Shown piece after piece: positions 36,327 through 51,593 of a DNA stretch of 64,000 bases. The DNA is taken from the NCBI RefSeq assembly GCF_000315625.1, contig NW_005434655.1:34637-98636 (forward strand). The letters run 5' to 3'. This DNA comes from Guillardia theta CCMP2712 (taxonomy: Eukaryota; Protista; Cryptophyta). The number at the start of each line of letters is the position of its first letter. The first letter of the stretch is position 1. The position numbers and the translations under genes were made by a program. The notes under the pieces were generated by a model that saw nothing but the letters and a program-made list of their open reading frames with translations, was not told the DNA's origin and did no database searches.

Positions 36327-36838
36327 GATGGCTGACGCGTCAGTTGGTCGCGATAGCGTGCCTGGGAGGCCCTGAGAGGTGGCAAAGGTCTACCAGTGCC
36401 TCATACCAATGTGGCAGATGCTCAATGACAAGCGAGGAAAGGATAGGGACAGGTGACTGGCTGGAAAAGTGACCGGTGAAATGAGAAGAGACTCGAACAC
36501 GAGGAATAAGAAGAAGAGAGGAGAGATAAGGGGAGTGAGGCGAGGCGAGTCGAGAAGATGACAAGTACGGAGTGAACCGCAGAATGTTCTAGGAGGGCAG
36601 AGCAGACAGAGCAGGCAGGAAGTTAGACTGAGGCAGCGGCTGCTCCCGAGTTGTCAACGTGACTGCCAGGGAGAGAGATGTGGTATAGGAATCAACTCAG
36701 GAAGCTATGGGAGAAGGTTACAGGCGTGAGAGGGGCACGAATAAATTGCAAGTATCAGTGTACTGTTGACCATCACTGTAAACAGTACATAATAACACAA
36801 GCACTAGTACATGATGTCATCAGTGGACATCTCATACG

Positions 36839-39777
36839 TTAAGCCGAGCCGACCGCCATAGAAAACTGTTCAGGAGCCACTCCCATCTGAAACTCAGGCT
36901 GAGGGAGGAGCTGGACCGCCGGCGCACCCGAGGGAGCCTGCTGGGAGGGTTGCCGGGAAGAAAACTGGGACGGGTACTGGCCCGAGTACGGCGAGTAATG
37001 GGGAGAAACCGCCTGGGGTGAGGAAATAGGCTTTGCGGGGCCATGGAACTCCATGACATGATTGTAGTCCATCATTTCACGGTGAGGCTTGTCGGCGGGG
37101 ACGTGCTTGCCTCTGTACGGGGCAGGGGCATCCTCATCATGGACCTCCACCTGAGACTCCACCTGCAGGTCGAGCTGAGAGATGACAAAGGGGTACATGA
37201 TGAGACAGGCGAAGAAGTCCTCGAAGGCTGACCCGTAGACCTTGTAAGCAAGCCTTGCTTGCAACCTCGTTGCGGTCAGATGAGCGGCGAAGAAAATGTA
37301 CATGGTCCATCCCACGTAGGCAGCGTTGGTGGTGCCGACCTCTCCGATCATGCAACCGATCCATGTGATGAAGAGCATGCCTGTGATAGCCGTGTGCACG
37401 ATCGCCACGTTGTTGTAGAACTTGTGGTGGACCTTGTGGATGGTGATGAAGGGAGCGAAGATAGAGATCACGAGAGATCTGATCCGCCTCTGCAGCCCTG
37501 GCTCGAGCTCAGATGGGATGCCTGCTGGTTGGAAGCCATCAGCCCAGTCGAAGAGCCCGACGATGAAGCGAGTCGACGAGTGAATGTCCTCTTCCATCAT
37601 GTCGTACTTGCACGCTCTCAGCAACGCCGTGCACATGAGGCAGATGGCGATGGTGAGCGGGAGACCAGAGCAGATGGAGACGGCCCTCAGCGCTGTGAGA
37701 GCATCCGATCCTCCCGCATAGAGGATGGCAGTAGCGCACGCTCCCTCTGTGATGGCCCAGTAGACGCGCTGAAGGACCGGAGGATGCGCCATACCTCCTG
37801 CAGAGAGGATGTCGTCGACGTAAGAGCCTGAATCAGACGAGGTCACGAAGTAGAGGACAACGCCGATGACGGAGATGAGCTTGAGATACGTTGCGATGCC
37901 TTTGCCATACGGCTCCATAACATCGAAAAAGACATCGTCGGGGTTTCTGCAGGGAAGCGCATAGTATCCAACCTCAGCGAGCTTCCTGGCGGCAACAGAC
38001 TGAGGCTGACCATCGCCTGCAAGCATGTCAAACGTTTACCAACCTGTCCAGAAACAAGACTTACTGTAGCCCATCGCCGTGCAGTTGACCATCCCCGTCT
38101 TCCATATCTGCTCATAATTCGTAGTCTTTGGATCCAAAAGAGAAAGCTCGGCCACCCTCTCCATCTTGATACCGAGAGATCCCATGACGACTAAGAAGAA
38201 GAAGCTGTAAAAGATAGGGGCTGCAATCGCTCCCATGAAGATCTGACGCAAGGTCCTGCCTCGCGAGATGGTCGCAACGAACATGCCGACAAAGGGGGCC
38301 CATGAGATCCACCAGCCCCAGTAGAAGATGGTCCACCATCCGATCCAATTGGAGCTTTGTGACCCAAACGCAGTGTCGGGTTCCGTCAGAGGGCGTCCGA
38401 TGGCTTTGGTCACGGTATCGTAGAGCTTGTTGGAGCCTGAGTCCCAGAGCTTGTTATCTCCGTTGTTTCTGAACTCAAAGTTGAGCTGAGGCCATGTATC
38501 GCACTCGAACCCGACTTGAATCACGTAAGTGATGTAGTGACCCAGAGACTGCACGTAGGAGTTCAACAAGAACCAGGTGTCGTCGGTCAACAGGAGCATC
38601 ACGAGCAACATGTTGCCCAGACCGAAGGCAACCAGGGAGAGAGCCTTGATTCCGTGGTTGAGCCCCGTGACGACCGAGACTGTCGCAATCAGGGTGATGA
38701 TCCAGATGGCTCCAACTATTGAAAGCATCAATGCACCAGCAAATGTTCTTGTCGGCATGTCAAACTTACCTTGCCAAACCCTGGCAGTGTGCGAGCCATC
38801 GTTGGTGGGAATGTCGCTGACGCAATCAATCCCTCCACCGCAGTCTATTCTCCGAAGGCCGTGGACCATCGTCATGACACCAAACCCAAGGGAGGTGCAG
38901 ACACCAAAGGTGGTACAGGCCATGGCGACAGAGTCAATGATGTCGCCAACAAAGCCATCGATCACATGCCCAACGAGGGGGAAGAAAGCTTGACGCACTG
39001 CAACAAACAACTTGTCAGGATAACATGAAAGCGCTACAAGTGCGACAGGTTCTCACATGTCAACGGCCTATCCCATCGGAAGGCGACAAAGCCGAGGACC
39101 ATCGCAACGATGATGTAGCAAGCCCACGCGTGGATGCCCCAATGGTAGAGGGTGATGAAGATCGCCTGCTGGGCTCGCTGGTCGTCGTTCAACCACCCGG
39201 GCTTGTACAAGACGTTGTAGTAAGAAGCTCTGTAATAAGTAAGAGGCTCTCGCACGCCATAGAAGTAGAAGCCAACGGCTATGCCACTGCAAAAGAGCAT
39301 GACGAACCAAGAGAAGTCGCTGAACGCGGGCTTCTCATCATCCTTCCCGAGCTTGATGTTTCCGTACTTGGAGAAGGCGATGTACACCACGAAGACGCAC
39401 CAAATATCTTGTGTGAAGATGTAAAACCACGTGAAGTTCTGCGTGATCCAAGGTTGCCACGTGTTGTTGAACTCAAGGAGAGCAACGTTGATTCCCTGTG
39501 CGTTGTCTTGAGCCGTCAAGACTACGATGATGAACACCCACAGGATCACTGACGCTAACAGGGAAACGACCCAGTTGAATCTCAGCAGTGGGAAGTCTCC
39601 AACATTGATGGCCACCCATCGGCTGGGCCTCACGTACTGGAGCAGGTTCTCCTCCAGGTTGAAGTCTACGATGGGCTGAGTGTGCTTCTCGCGGGGGTTC
39701 AGGGGGATGACGGGGAGCTTCCCGCCCATCGCAGCGAGCGATTCCGGCTTCTGGATGTCCTCGAGATCGGTAGCCAT
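36839..39777 (-). CDS. BCCT-family (betaine/carnitine/choline) transporter with a C-terminal extension, 4 exons
   Basis: YGNIKLG, FSDFSWFVMLFCSGIAVG..YGVREP, YHWGIHAWACY, FGVCTSLG, WTIFYWGWWISWAPFVGMFVATISRGRT and YFVTSSDSGS. Introns near 39000-39056, 38717-38768 and 38017-38063. Confidence 0.93.
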
Positions 39778-40308
39778 GGTCTCCTGTCACCTCGAGCTTG
39801 GCAGGGATGAAGGAGCAGCGAGCAAGTCCAGCTTGCGGCGACGCTCACTGTTATTATCCTTCCGCCCCACCCCTCTAAACAAGCTTGTATCTTTGCTTCC
39901 CAATCAGTACTACGGTACTTGACCAGTGGTATCGTGACCTCTACCCCTCCTTTTGACGAGGCTCAGACCCTACCTTTCGGGGGGAAGCTAACCTCCCGCT
40001 TCACCACCCCCTCTTCATCCTTGGATCTCGACAATGAACGTGCCTTCTCCCCCATTTGAATTGCAGCCACACGATCCCTGCACCGCTCGGTGTAAATGTC
40101 AGATGAAACGTTGGGGTTTGGCACTCGCATACTCGAAAGGGATCGATTTCGAGACAGTACTTCTGTTTGACCACTTAGACTACCTCAAGTCCAGTTTGAC
40201 CACACTTTGACCAACGATGGTCAACCATCTGGCGGAAACAAGCCTAGAAGGTCAAACTTCCGAAGTTGCCCGTCACTTTCAGCACGGTTGGGCCCTCACG
40301 GTCTTTAC

Positions 40309-40550
40309 TACTCAAAGTTAAGTTCAAGTTACGGCTGGTGGCAACTTACCGGAAAAAAAAAAACTGGGCATGAGGTTGGGAAGTTTTTGTTGTGAGTTTT
40401 CAGTAGTGATTTTTAACTTAACTTTGAGTAAAAGGACAATCATCAGCCTGAACCTGGAAAGTTCTCGCCGTGACCGTTTGGCCGGCCCTGAGGCTGTGCG
40501 ACCACCGATTGTCCTCGAACTGCTTTTTTAACTTAACTTTTGAGTAAAAA
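40309..40550. repeat. Cluster of three AACTTAACTTT(T)GAGTA elements (one inverted, two direct) in the divergent BCCT/kanadaptin intergenic region
   Basis: 40309-40324 TACTCAAAGTTAAGTT; 40407-40434; about 40510-40550. Confidence 0.8.
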
Positions 40551-41120
40551 AACCGTGGCACGGTACGGTGAATAAACTTGAAAGTTCCCGGCGGCCGCCG
40601 AGTCAGCCGGGCTCGGACAGCCTGTGAGTCCCGGAGTTCCGGACCGCCGTCGGTCTGAACTCAGGCTCGGAGGGCCCGGCGCGCCCGGCGCGTGACGGAG
40701 CACCGTGGCACAAGTTTGTTACTGTTACTCGGACTTGTACTGTGTCAAAGTAATGCCAGATATCATACGACCTTAATTACCGTACAGCAGTAAGACAGTT
40801 TTTGCTCAAGACCGAGTTTAATCTGGCATTGCACTGCGGCACAAAGTTCGCCGGACCGTAGGCTCAGTGCCACCGCACGGTCACCGGGTGAGGAGCATAT
40901 GAGAGATAGACCGTTCTGTATGCTAGGATGCCAGAAACCCGGCAAGCATCCAGACATGAGAGGACCAGGCTTAGCAAGACGGCTAGGAAGGCCTCCTCTT
41001 CGGAGTCGCCGGGCCGCCGTCCCGGCGGCGGCCCGCGGCGCCGGGCGCGGCGCGTGACTGAGGCGTCACATGATACTAATAAGTGAAATACCAAAGCCCA
41101 CATCCCCCAACTTACCCAGG

Positions 41121-42354
41121 ATGGAAATGGCAGGAGAGAGCGGAGACGGAGGGGAAGAAGGAGCGGGAGGGGAGAGAGGAGGGCAGGAGCCCATCACAAC
41201 CCAGACCGTGGATCACGATGATGGCTTCAAGAAGCCCTCCCTCCCTACAGCTCACTTTGCCATGCCGCCACCTCCCTCCCATCCGAAGGGTGAAGCGTCC
41301 TCGGAGTCAGCAGCAGGACAGGCACCAGGAGGTTCAGGGGGCTATGAGAAGCCGCCATGGGCGGGAGTCCCACCAGCAGACAAGTTTCCTTACTTCCTCG
41401 AGGTCCTGAAGAACGGAACCATTGTTGAGAAGATCGACTTGCAGAACAAAGACGCGTTCCTGGTCGGCAGGAACGCAGACGTGTGCGATGTTGTGCTGGA
41501 CCACCCTTCCATCTCTCGACAGCATGCTGTGATCCAGCTCAAGGAAGATGGAGAAGCGTTCATATACGACATGAGCACTCACGGGACGAGGATCAACAAG
41601 AAGCAGCTGAAGACGCAGGTGTATGCCAAGATCGGGGTAGGAGACGTGATGCAGTTCGGACAAGTGAGTTTGTGTGTGCGATGCAGAGGATCTTTTTGCA
41701 GTCAGCTGACATGAGAGCTAGTCAAGTAGGCACTTGATCTTCAATGGGCCTGAGCATCTCATCAAGGTTTTGCAGTGAAGAGTCGATAGCGCTCTGACTC
41801 TGCTGCAGTCGGTGGAAGGCGGGTGGGGATACAAGAAGCGTCCGCAGGAACAAGCACCTTCACAGCCTCCTCCTCCTAGGAAACCAGTGGCAAAGTTGCT
41901 TCCTAAGTTGACTGAAGATGGTGGACCGCACGCGCTGTTCAAGCGGCAGGATGAAGGAGCATCTTGGTACGTTAGCAGCACAGAGTTGAGATGACATTGA
42001 GTTTCTGCCAGGGGGTTTGGGGATGATGCGGAGGAGGAGGAGGAGGAGGAGACGTCAGATGTCATCGAAGAAGCGCGACAGCTGAAGGAGAGTGGTCAGC
42101 TCACAGAGAAACAAGAGCAAGTGCTTGAGAAACTTGAGAAGAAACTCCTGAAGATCAGCAACATTCGTGACGAAATCAAGAAGATCAAAAAGAAAGAAGA
42201 TGGTGGCGATGAGCTGACAGCGGGACAGGTTGAAACAGCAGATAGATGCGTATGATGATGATGATGAACAAGAACAAGAAGAAGAAGAAAATGATGATGA
42301 AGAAGAAGATGAAGATGATGATGAAGAAGATGAAGATGAAGATGATGATAATTA

Positions 42355-42386
<32 letters not shown>

Positions 42387-44422
42387 ACGATGATGATATT
42401 GTCCAACAGGTGAATGCGATTCAAAGAGGAGAAGAAAGAATCAAGAAGATAGAAGAAGACATGGTGCCGATGGAAGAAAACCTCTCAGGTCTTTCGAATT
42501 TGCAGAGCTGAACAGTCTTGACTGAGAAGTCTGAAATTTTCTTCAGAGCTTTTGAGGCAACTCAAAGGAATTTCAAATCCCTCCAAGACGAAGTCGTCTC
42601 GCCATGCCAAGCACTCGAGCGACGAAGAAGACTTGGACTCGGACGACGATGAGTTCTACGACAGTGAGAGGAGGAAGAGGGGATGGGATGGGATGGGAGG
42701 GGAGGAGAGGGGGCTGCTGATGTCAACTGGTAGGAACGAAGTTGAAGAAAAAATCCTTGTCGAACAAGGAGCAACCTCAGAACATCAAGGTTTTTCTGAT
42801 CTCTCCTCTCCCCACTCACTCACTCCCTTCCTCTAGACCTTGCAGGAGAGGAAAGTCGTCGTCGAAAAGGAGTTGAAGGAGTTGAAGGCAAGGATCTCAA
42901 ACTCCCCCTCCTCCCCCTTTACCCTAAACCTCGCCCCTCCTCCATCTTCCTCCCTCCCTCCCTCCCTCCCTCCCTCCCTCCCTCCCTCCCTCCCTCCCTC
43001 TCCCTCTCCCTCTCTCGCTCTCTCCGTCATGTTTTTACCTCCTTTCCCTCACGCTGTTCGTTTCTCTCGTGGTGTAGGAGGAGATGAGCCGCGCGGAGAA
43101 AGCAGAAGGCGACGGGGCCGGGGAGGAAGAAGACAGTTTGGACTCCTACCTGCATGTGCTCACTGGAGCCTGTAGAGACTTGCCGGGCAATGACGATCAT
43201 TCGCAGGACATGAACAAGAAGCAGAAGGCGGCAGAGCGGGCGAGCAAGGTCAGGAAGATCAAGGAGCTGGAGGCAGAGACGGTCAAGATAGACAAGCTTG
43301 TCAAGATCTTGACTCCGGCCATCTCGATCTCCGCTCCCCTCAAGGCAGCAGCTTCGGTACTCCTTTCTGCTGTTCGACCTGCTGCTACTTCTGCTGCTGT
43401 TCCTCCTCTCTTCCTCCTCCTCCTCCTCCTCCTCCTCCCGTCCCCTGCCTTCGCCTCCCCTGCCTCCTCTCTCCCTCTTTCCTGCTGAAACTTTCTTGAA
43501 GGCATTCAAGTTCAAATCTTCCACCGTCACTGCTCCTCGCCCTCCCTCGGCTGCTGTCCCCGCGCTCTCGGTTGATTCCAGCGCGAAGAAGGTCGAGGAA
43601 GAGAAGAAGAGCCCAGCAAAGGCTCCAGCAGAGGCCAAGGAGGAGAAAATACCTCCTCCTCCTCCTCCTCCTTCTCATGTCAAGACTGCTGAAGCCCCGC
43701 CCCCTCACGCCCCGCCCTCCTCCGGGGAGGAGGCCGCGGCGATGCCTACGGAGAACGGCAGTGGTGGGAAGAGAAAGGAGGCTGAGCAGCCTCAAGCTCA
43801 AGACCCTCCTGCCAAGAAACTTCGCCCGCAGCAGCAAGCCGAGGAGCCGACCAAGAACCCCGAGGTTCTCCTTCAACCGCCCTGCTCTCTTCTGCTGACC
43901 CTTACCCTTCTCCAGGTCCCAAGCTTCGTAGACTTCCAGCGCGGAGGACTGTACGTTTCCACTTCCTTTCCCCTTCCTCCTCTTTCTTCATCTTCCCCTT
44001 CCTGGTCTCCCTCCCCTCCCCTTTCCTCTCCTCCCTTCTCCTGCCTCCTTTCCATTCTCACTTCCCGCTTCCATCCACATAATTCTCCTTCTCCCCCCTC
44101 CCCTTCTTCCTGTCCGTACTTGAATGTCGCGCAATGACGGGGTGGGCGCAGGTACCGAGCCAAGACGAAGGAGGGAGACAAGAAGGAGACTCAGGCGGTA
44201 GTAGTCGCGCTCGACCGTCTCCTCTCTAGCTCAAGACTGTCTGTAGGTGGAGATGGCTGAGCCGCCCAAGTCGAGCATGCCGGAGTACGTGGAGGAGGAA
44301 GACGCCTCGTGGGTCCCTCCTATGGGACAGACTGGTCCTGCATGCTCCTGCTCTTGCGCTCGCCGTGACGAGACCATACAGGCGACGGGCGCACTTCCTT
44401 GAACGAGAAGTTCGGATACTGA
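41121..44422 (+). CDS. SLC4A1AP: Kanadaptin-like FHA-domain protein, multi-exon
   Basis: YEKPPW...LEVLKNG...GRNADVCDVVLDHPSISRQHAVIQ...STHGT (FHA), DSDDDEFYD, EDSLDSY, and the characteristic C-terminus WVPPMGQT|GDGRTSLNEKFGY-stop. Confidence 0.88.
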
Positions 44423-44891
44423 GATGCAGACGAGGTCGCGAGGCGCTGGAGGAGTGGCTAGGGTAGAGGACAAAGGGGAAGAGAGTAAGAGAGCATGAGG
44501 AGGAGGAGGAGGAGGAGGAGGAGGAGGAGGAGGAGGAGGAAGAGGAGGAGGAGTGAACAAACGGGTCAGGTATAAGCATTCACTAGGTTCACATCACTCA
44601 CTAACTTAATAAAGCTTTCACCTGCAGCATTGCCATCAGCATTCGAAGAAGCGACATCTATCAGATGGGCGGGAGGGAGGAGAGGGAGAGGAAGGAGCAT
44701 TGAGCGGCTGTGTGCGCATGTAAACTAACAAGAGGCTCATAGACTGGAGCCCCTTGCACTCTCTACGCGATGATATCGCATGTTTGTCTTCGAGAGACGC
44801 GCACGGGTGGTCACGTCCCTCGCTTTTGACATGCTTTCCCAGCTCCTCCCCTCACGTTTCTCAGCTCGCTGCCTCGATGTTTCTCACCTCA

Positions 44892-47238
<2,347 letters not shown>

Positions 47239-47608
47239 GCCGCACGTGCCTCGGATCCTCCAGGCTGCCCTCCAATACCGGTAAAATACCCTCTCTACCA
47301 CAGTTATAAGATTTGGTCATCATAAAATATTTTAGAAATTATTCTGTACCGATTTATATTTCTTTGCACCCTCTTGCATTTCAAAAACAATATAGAAACT
47401 TCCCTGTTGTACATCTCAAAAATTGACTATTTTCATCATACCACCAAGTTTTGCAATTGTACCAATTTATACAATTTAAATATTTTTATGACATTGATTC
47501 TGGAACAAGCGGGCTGTATGAGGGCAGGTATGAGGGTACATGCCAAAGTGCTGTATGAGGGCTGAAAGAAACGACCCCGACCGAAACCAGTGAGCCCGGT
47601 GCTGCGCA

Positions 47609-50600
47609 ATGGCGATGGCGACTTGGAAGGCTACTTCAGGTCGCTAGAGGGCGCGCCATGCTGTCTCGAGACTCCTGATGCTTGACTTGCCCACAGCAGG
47701 AAGAGAGATGATCGTTCTCCTGCTCCTCATGGGGTGATTCCTCACCCCCCCTCCTTGCCACTGCTCACTGCTATGGATTATGTTTGCAGGTTGCAGACGG
47801 CCCGGGCGTTAGAGCTGGCGTCCTCGACCTCTCTAGCGGCAGCTCAGAGTCCGTCATTGACCATGTTTGTTGTCATGGCTGACTTGCTCTCTTCAGCGAT
47901 GTCGGCGATACAGTCCGGACTTCATAAGTACGCTATCGGTCCTTGCCTTGTTGTTTGATCCAATCTAGGGCATTCTCGGTGCTGCCATCCATACCCGCAC
48001 CATGGGTAAAGAGCGATCTCTCATCTCCTGATCGCCATGGTTTTCGTGCTTCAACATGATCGTGACGATGCAGATGGTGGTGGCCATGGTCGTCGAGTTT
48101 GCCTCGGACATCCAGTGGTACAAACGAATGACTTCCCTTCTGTGGCAGACTATACTCGGTGAACCTCGCGCTGGAAGAGTGTGCAGGAGGAGGCTGAGGG
48201 ATGGTGTCTCCAATGGCAGGACGCGGGAAAGAAGCTCGATGCAGCCTCTGCGACGAGGTAGTCAACCACATCCTTGACTTCGGCGATACCAAGGTCAATC
48301 GCGTGGGATGAGGAGGATGATATGTTGCTGAAACGTACCGGGTGGCAGGAGGCACTGGAGGACAACGGTAGAGGAGTTGGACGTGCTGTGAACAAGGTTG
48401 ATCCAGTTGTCCTCAGGATTCTGCGAGGACCTGTGTCCTTTCAAGTTCCGCAGATGTGTGGACATGTGTGAGAAGGTTAAGATTGTTTGGATGCCCCCCC
48501 CCCCCCCCCCCCTATCTCAGTCGTCATACTGTACAGCTGATCAAGTCCATCACAACGAGCTCCAAGTTTCCCTGTGAGGTGAGAGAGCGCGCATCAGATG
48601 AGAGACGTTCAGAGGTGTTAGCCAACACGTGCAGGCTATCGGAGCGTGCCCCGAGCTCGACGAGTTTGGGGAGGAGATCCAGTGCAAATATCAGGAATGA
48701 TGCTTCCTCCCATGCTCCTGCTGCTCGCTGACGGCATCATCGCAGATGGGATCAGGTTGCACACCATCGCACATGTGCAAGCTCAAAGCTCGATGTGCGG
48801 CCTTCCTTTACTCCTTCCATGCTGTCTGAACGCTGCTCCTGAACAGTACCGATGCCGAGGTGCGAGCTCAAGGACGGGTACAAGCAGGCGATCCGAGACT
48901 CTCTCTGCCTCTCGCACAACTGATGCTCCTCCAGTGGAAGAAGTACAAGATGGTTCTGTTCGAGAACGTGGGTGCCCTGGCAGAGGCTGTCAAGAAATTG
49001 CCCAAGGCAGGACGATCGTCATTGAATCGCTAGGCCAAGAGACCTGACGCCTTGTTTGTGACATTCAGTGCGGAGAGGAAGGAGCTTCTGAAGTCTTCTG
49101 CGTGAACGAAGCAACTGGTTTCAGCCTGATCTGCGAATATCTCGGATACTTCCTGGTGAGGTGAGCTGCTGCTGGGGACTGTGTTAACCCTGTCGAGCCA
49201 AGGTGTTTGTCGTTGGATCCTTCAACTCCATTCGTGCCATCGAGACCAAGGGCGGAGACGACGACAGACAATGGTGGGTGAGAGACGTGCTGCTTGTCGA
49301 GTCATCGCCTGTGTCGCCAGGCTGACGTTCTGGGTGATCTACTTCATCTTCTCAATGGTGGAGAGATTCTCTTCGGTTCTTCTGTCCCGCCTGCCCGTCT
49401 ACTATGAAGTGAAGGTGACGGGAGGCTGGAGGCGAGAGCGTGCTGTAAGAGTCTTCCTCAGCTTCTGCTCGTCATCTGGCTGTTTCCTCCCTTCTACGGG
49501 GCAAGATGGTGTTACGTGACAATCCATCGGTGGGGAGAGGAGCAGAGCGTAGGTGATTGACTTGGTCTGCCAGCACGTTCTCCACCCTTCGCAATCATTG
49601 GCTGATAAGATATGCGTTATCCTCTATGCTCGTTCGCTTCTATGGCATGTCGAAGGTTCGTGAGGGAGAAGTGGGGAGGAAGAGGAGACGATGTAGGAGG
49701 GGAGGAGGGGAGGAGGAGGAGGAGGAGGAGGAGGAGGAGGAGGAGGAGGCAGTCAAAGGAGAAATTGGGGTTGAGATTACCAAAGTGATGATCGCGAGTT
49801 GTGCAGGAAGAAGTTGTCATCTGGTTGGGACAGCAAAAATCGGTTGAATGATTTGAATCTCTTTGACACGTTCGGGGGTGACGTTGTTGCAGGAAACGGC
49901 CATCGAGTATGTTCTTCGTAGCAGGCAGGTGTTGGAGCTAGGAGAGATCGAGCGAGAACTGCTCTAATCCTAGAGAGCAGGAGGTCAAGGATCAGCTGCT
50001 AGTTCAGTCCTTTGTTGAGAACGCTCTTGACAAGGCAAGCAAGGACGACAGGTGGGGCTAAGCTGGATCCAACGAGCTTGACGTTGGCGCAAGGTTTGAT
50101 TCAAGGGTCCTGTCAGAGTTTGAAGGCTTGAAGAACGCATACCCGTCGTATTGGGCAAGTCAGTCTGCCGACGAAGATAACTTGTTGATTCTCCTTCTCC
50201 CCAGGGTTTTTCCTTTGCTCAGGTCTTGAGCACGGCCTCGTCCTCCAAGGTGAAGCGCGGGAGGTGCTGGAAGGAACTGACCTGCTGGTAGTTTGAAGCA
50301 GTCGTTGCCCCTGAAGTCTCGGCCTTGCTGCCGTCTCCTCCCCACTATGACATTCGTGCAGATCGCAGCAACAATCGAAGCTCGGCAGCCCGTGAAGAGC
50401 AGCCAGGACAAGGAGGCGGCGGAAAAGTACCTGGAGGACCTGAAGAGAGGTGGCGAGAGTGACGGGGAAGCTTCGAGTGAGGCGATGCCTGGCAGTGATC
50501 AGAGTGGAGAGAAGCATCGGCGAGGCCCTCGACCTCGCGCATGAGACGGTCAGGTCAAGACGTCAGCATGAGGAGCTCTGACTTGCCTCCACAGGTCATC

Positions 50601-51527
50601 TCTAGAGCCAAGAAGATGATGGAGTCGAAGATCCAAGAGCTCTCCCTGCTCCCAGATTCTCCGTGCACTGAGGAGGTCAGGACTTGGCTGGCTGGAGCAA
50701 GTTGAAACTCAAACCTTCTGCAAGTTTGTCTTGTCGCAACTCGAGAAGGAGCCTGACTTCAATCGATACCTCGTCCTCCAGCGACGATGGAGAGGTCTTC
50801 CTCCTGCTCCTTCTCCTGCTCCTTCTCCTGCTCCTTCTCCTTCTCCTTCTCCTGCTCCTTCTCCTGCTCCTCCTCTCACATCTCCTCACTCAGCCTGGTG
50901 CATCAAGCAGCTTACTTTCTGGTAGATCTTGAAGTTCGCTTCCTGGAGGTGGAGCTGCTGGATGTAAATAATCCCCCCCCCCCTTCTCTCCTCTCCTTCT
51001 CCTGTTCACCATCTCTCTCAGGGTAAAAACTTCCCTCGGATGGATTCCACCGCCTTTGGAGGATACGCTGATCCATATGTCAAGGTACGTCTCCCTCCTC
51101 CCTGCCTCTCCATCCCAACCACACCTCTCCTCCGCCCTCCTCCCTTTCTGTTTCCTTCTCGTCCGTCGCCGCTCCCCATCGTGGTCCTCCCAGCAAAACT
51201 TCACTGTGTTCTCCCCTCCTCTGTCAAGTTTCGTGGGCATTCCTCTGAACTGCCTTCCTGCGTCTTTCAGCTCACCCTGAGGAACGAATATCCTCTGGAC
51301 GAGGGAGGAGTAGGGAGGAGTGGGCTGCTGAAGGTGAGCGTTCCCCGAGCTGTCCTGCTCTTCCAGCTGAAGGAATTGGGGGGAGGCGTTGAAGAATCAG
51401 TTCCCACAAGACGAGGAGGAACGACAGCAGCTGCTCCGTGACTCATGGTAAATGATTTTCAACTCCCTGATTACTACTCCTCATCGCCTGACGACTTCAA
51501 TCCCCCCTCAATGCTCCTTCTCTTGCT

Positions 51528-51593
<66 letters not shown>

